A stretch of 64,000 bases of DNA from Balanoglossus misakiensis (taxonomy: Eukaryota > Animalia > Hemichordata). The stretch lies in assembly GCA_040954595.2 (NCBI GenBank), contig CM082577.2, positions 17,892,303 through 17,956,302 of the forward strand, in the 5' to 3' direction. The position numbers and the translations under genes are program-made. Below are positions 60,955-64,000 of this stretch, piece by piece (the first letter of the stretch is position 1; every line of letters starts with the position of its first letter). The notes under the pieces were generated by a model. It did not search any database and was not told where the DNA came from. It was given only the letters and a program-made list of their open reading frames with translations.

Positions 60955-63900
60955 GTAAGTGATTCGTTTCCATTTCTGTGTTTGGTGATTTTCTTCTGTT
61001 TAAATTACTTAGCATACAAATTCGTTGTTCAGTCATTGTAAAACTAAACCATCCATGTCACAGATATTTTCCAAAATATCATTGATGGGTATATGGCACA
61101 GATAAAAGCATAGTGTCCTTGACACTATTTCGAAGACTTCATAACTAACTTCAAATGACACTAAAATAACATATAGGTACATTATAATATGAATTGATTC
61201 CATGTATCAATGTCTGACATGTAAATATACATAGCTGACACTGGTTGTGTAACCAATAAAAGCCACTGTCTGGTATTCAGGAGATAAGAAAAAACAAATT
61301 ATTACAGGTGCAATGGCATGTGTATATCAGTGTGAATAGGAGCATTTCTTCGTGCTCTGTCTGAAGCCTGGTTGGTTTTGATAAACACAATACATGTTTG
61401 TACCACCATCTTATTCAGTTTAAGTCGGTCCTATTACTCTTGATACTAGAAAGCTAAGAAAGCCATCTTAACTAATAACAGAATATTATGGCCCCTGAAT
61501 GTTTTTCAATGTAGAACTGGCAGGAAACATTGGTTTACTGATTTTGAATCGGTCAAATATGACTAATTCAGATATCAGCCCATTTGTAATGTGGAATGAT
61601 GTTGTAGTGGTTGGTCACAGATGAATGTATAATTAGCAGTGGTGTAGTACATGTAAGCACAATTTAGCACATACAGTACACCAGGCTATAAATTTATGAC
61701 CTGTCTGACCCAATCCAGTTAACTTCAAAAAGACTGAAAGGCTTCCCATTTATTTTGCATTGAGAATTCCGAGTAAGTAAAAATGATACATTCAACATGA
61801 CAAAACTGCCAGCTTTGAAAACTTTATTACAGCTTCTAATAACCGAATTTTACAACACCCTTCTTCACTAGAGTCTTATGCCTCGTATGTCGCTCGGGCG
61901 CGTAGCGAACTGTCGCGCTAATCACTGAGTCAATGCTGTGTGATGATTTCAGCGCGTTCTCAAAATTAGTTCGACGCGGACGCGGTATTTCACCGAGTGA
62001 AATACCGTTAAATATCTTCGGTGCGAGAACAATAGAAAGTTTCAAATACAGGCGTTGCATGTATGATAAATGTACATATGATATCAAGTAAGCTGATACT
62101 AGTATACTGTGGTTGAGATGCAGTTTTAATGACTTTATTTTTTAATTGATTATTTCTCCTTATATTTCATGTCCCCCCCCCCACACATTCTATATTTTCT
62201 GTTAGCTCTTTACTTGAAGTTTGGTTTATTATCCAAAATTTCTGTTCTCTTTCTTGTTTTGCAAAAAAATGCACGATTTTATGTTTTTTGGCTCTGAAGT
62301 GTAAACGGAGGAGTCTATCAAATTGAGTATGAGCTACTACTTCCGTCCGTCAACCTGTCAAGAATTCATACCATTTTCTAGTAGGGGTGTGTAGCTTTAT
62401 GTTTTGGGCGGTGGTGTGTAGCTTTGAGGTGTTGAGGAAGAATTGGAACAGTGACAGAAATCGGAACGGATTAGCCAGCAGTGTTTTCGCTACCCGCGAG
62501 AAAAAAGTTGTGTTTGGCGAGACGATTTTCATACAAATTAGTCAAACTTGCGAAGCTCTGCTATCTAACATTGTCGTTTGTTTTGCCATGATCAGTGCAC
62601 TACAAGTGTGAAAGTGGACCGCTGTTCTGTTCATTGACCATCACCCCCCTGTATCATGAACATCGCAAGGCAATGCAAGGTGGTGTGTGTCACGACGTCA
62701 CTTCCGGTTTAACCCGCTCTTAGTCAGCAAAACATGGTCGACCTAGCAGTGTCACGCGTGTAGCTTTCTGTGCGCAAACGACTTATGTTCTCGTAGGTTA
62801 TGTAAAGGAAACTCCGTTCGAACGAAAAACCAATCGAATTTTTATAAGTTCATGTATGTTAGCATCGTTCTGTGAGGAAAGTACTATCGATTTTGTTCCG
62901 AGTCGCGATTTTTTGGTGTTTTTTCACTCTGTATGTCAGCTGGCATCATGGCGTACTGTTGCCAACGATCGTACTCGGGCGACGTAGTTTGAAGTTAGCA
63001 GGCAGACTAAACAGCGGTCGCACAGCTTTATTATGTGTATATTTTGAAAGACTAATATGTAATGTGTGTAAAATTGCATGGGAGCCCCAAAGCGCCCCTT
63101 TTATTTTATCGATTTCACTGTATTTGGAAACTGCACTATCTCATAGGCGCCTAACACATCCCTATCCGTATGTGAAGGCCGTGGTGATCGCAACTTTACT
63201 GTAATACTAAATTTTAGAATAACCCTATTACAGTCAACACGTTCCTGAAAAAGACCAACGACATGACGCTCGCTTCGGTACCATTCCAGTGGCAGTAAAA
63301 TTTCCTTTCAAGCACTTACATACGATTTTTATGTGGTAGTTATGGACGCGTGCCGTTTGACTTGCGTAACTAACCACATATTTACAAACATGTATGTAGG
63401 TTTCTTGTACAGTACTCATTGTGCGTAAAGTAAAAAAGTCTTCTGGTTTTCGTTTATTTGCGGTTTGGTCAGTGGTGTGGGATTTAAAAAAATACTGTAC
63501 ATATTTGAGAAGAAAACTGAGTTGTAATAGAACGCATCGAAAAGCTGCAACAGTATGTTGGCCTACGGTAAAGCTTTTCACGCTCGGCGGCCATCATGCA
63601 GCTACGCCCTGTCGGCGTATGCGCAAAGCCCCGCGGCCAGTACATCGATCTGAATAGACGGTTAAAAACGTCAAGCGAGCCGAAAATATCACAGAGAACG
63701 AACTTGGTACCAATCTGTGCACAAATGTCCGGTGTCACAAAAATCGAAAATATCCTACGTAAAAGGTTCAAAGAAAGTGATCGTCCAGACACTGTAAGTG
63801 CTAACGTGTGTACTCGAGGCCAGCCGGAAGTGAAATGAACGCTTACTCATGTTGGAACTCCCATGGTGCTTTGCGCGTGACACACACCACCTTAGGCAAT

Positions 63901-64000
63901 GCATTGAATTCAGCTCTTCCAGCTAGTGGCCGCACTCGCTTGATTTCTACATGTGTGTCTCTGGGGACACAAAGAATTTGCATATGCGTCTTTTCCTAAT

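Noticed and set aside
43262-63374. Exact 14-mer tgcgtaactaacca shared by 43.26 kb and 63.36 kb
   Set aside because: Several chance 14-mer matches are expected in 64 kb, so it is insufficient alone to claim homology.

Overview
AT-rich eukaryotic genomic DNA from an invertebrate animal, with GT-AG spliceosomal introns and dense DNA-transposon content. Four host genes could be reconstructed by hand. (1) The 5' part of a BTB-BACK (kelch-like) gene on the - strand, running off the left edge. (2) A complete 9-exon gamma-glutamyltransferase/glutathione hydrolase of the bacterial-type YwrD-like family on the + strand (4976-18934, 571 aa), head-to-head with the kelch gene. (3) A complete 4-exon UBE2S on the - strand (33744-23154, 215 aa). 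(4) The 5' part of a myocardin-related transcription factor (RPEL1 exon 60889-60954) with two candidate alternative N-termini. Introns and intergenic DNA hold Helentron-type elements (one carrying a 239-bp satellite), Kolobok, Harbinger, Mutator and Academ-type MITEs, a CAC-ended element with a 5-bp TSD, and LINE and Penelope scraps. The most notable system is an intron-containing tyrosine-recombinase (Crypton/DUF3504-type) element at about 40.2-42.5 kb. It is the parent of a hairpin-ended non-autonomous family found several times in the window. It also appears circularly permuted, with its right end fused to its left end, and a second permuted junction lies at 31.4 kb. At least four other repeat families share the same hairpin-plus-subterminal-IR design. 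All family assignments are by recognition of motifs, termini and TSDs; no searches were run.
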